From: Ptychomitrium polyphyllum
Lineage: Eukaryota
Direction: 5' to 3'
DNA length: 64,000 bases
Assembly (NCBI GenBank): GCA_973851085.1
Contig: OZ316775.1
Coordinates: 4,030,001-4,094,000, forward strand
The translations under genes and the position numbers were made by a program. The notes below the pieces were generated by a model. The model saw only the letters and a list, made by a program, of their open reading frames with translations, made no database searches and was not told the DNA's origin. Shown one piece after another: positions 63,381-64,000 of the stretch. Within the stretch, counting starts at the first letter, position 1, and every line of letters begins with the position of its first letter.

Positions 63381-64000
63381 TGGATTGTTGTGGGCGACGG
63401 TGAAGGGTGAAGATCATCGTCCGCTTGGAGGATGTCGATCTTGGGGGAGCAGTGTTCGGATAAGGTCTCTTCGCCGAAAGGCTTCACGTGTTTTGCTATG
63501 TCCGCCTCGGATTCAGACTACGATAGGATCCATAGGAGTGAGGTATTCAAGGAGTGCATTTGACGTCGACAGTACACTTGCTTGTATGCTATGAGTTTTT
63601 CAGCTTCAGAATGCTAGGTTATACTCAATTGAAATTTGTTGAAAGTACAAAGATTCCAATTTGTTCCAATTTTAAAGTTTGAGTTACTGGTAACTGGCCT
63701 GGAATGCTTATCTTGAAGCAGCTTCATTTGCAAACGTAAAATGTATTGCGCAAGTCATCATCGCTACGTCGACTATTCCAACGGGCTTTCAATGCTTAAA
63801 GTTTGGCATTTAAACGCACCACAGATTCTACATCTTTTTTTATCTGTTCTCATTTGGTGGCAAGTTCTATGTGGAAGGTGTAGAATACTCCAAAGGCTAT
63901 AAGAGGTAACTGCAGAGTAGAATACATCATTGTTTAAAGAGCCAAAGTAACGGTTGGCGCATTTAGGAGAGTGAGGACGTACACAATACCTACCTCATTT

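Overview
Eukaryotic nuclear DNA, most likely from a land plant and probably a moss or other bryophyte (inferred from spliceosomal introns, gene content and chromodomain-type Ty3/gypsy elements). The left half (~1-30 kb) is repeat-rich. It holds a SAM/zinc-finger gene or pseudogene running off the left edge, a very AT-rich decayed block and three degenerate Ty3/gypsy chromovirus copies. One copy is near full length with both LTRs, a self-complementary primer site instead of a tRNA PBS, and a -1 frameshift/pseudoknot signal. There is also an inverted LTR copy almost identical to the first element's LTR, a divergent AWS-SET-postSET histone methyltransferase-like gene between those inverted arms, and a solo LTR with a 5-bp TSD. 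The right half is genic: a pectate lyase with a probable GPI tail, an alpha-1,6-fucosyltransferase-like gene with a 3' frameshift, a pectin methylesterase, a gulonolactone oxidase-like pseudogene split by a Helitron-like insert, and a CER3-like wax gene with a GC-AG intron. Two plastid LEA genes 16.9 kb apart are near-identical only from ATG to stop. There is a 100-N gap at 44055-44154. All alignments and splice models were made by eye, with no database searches.
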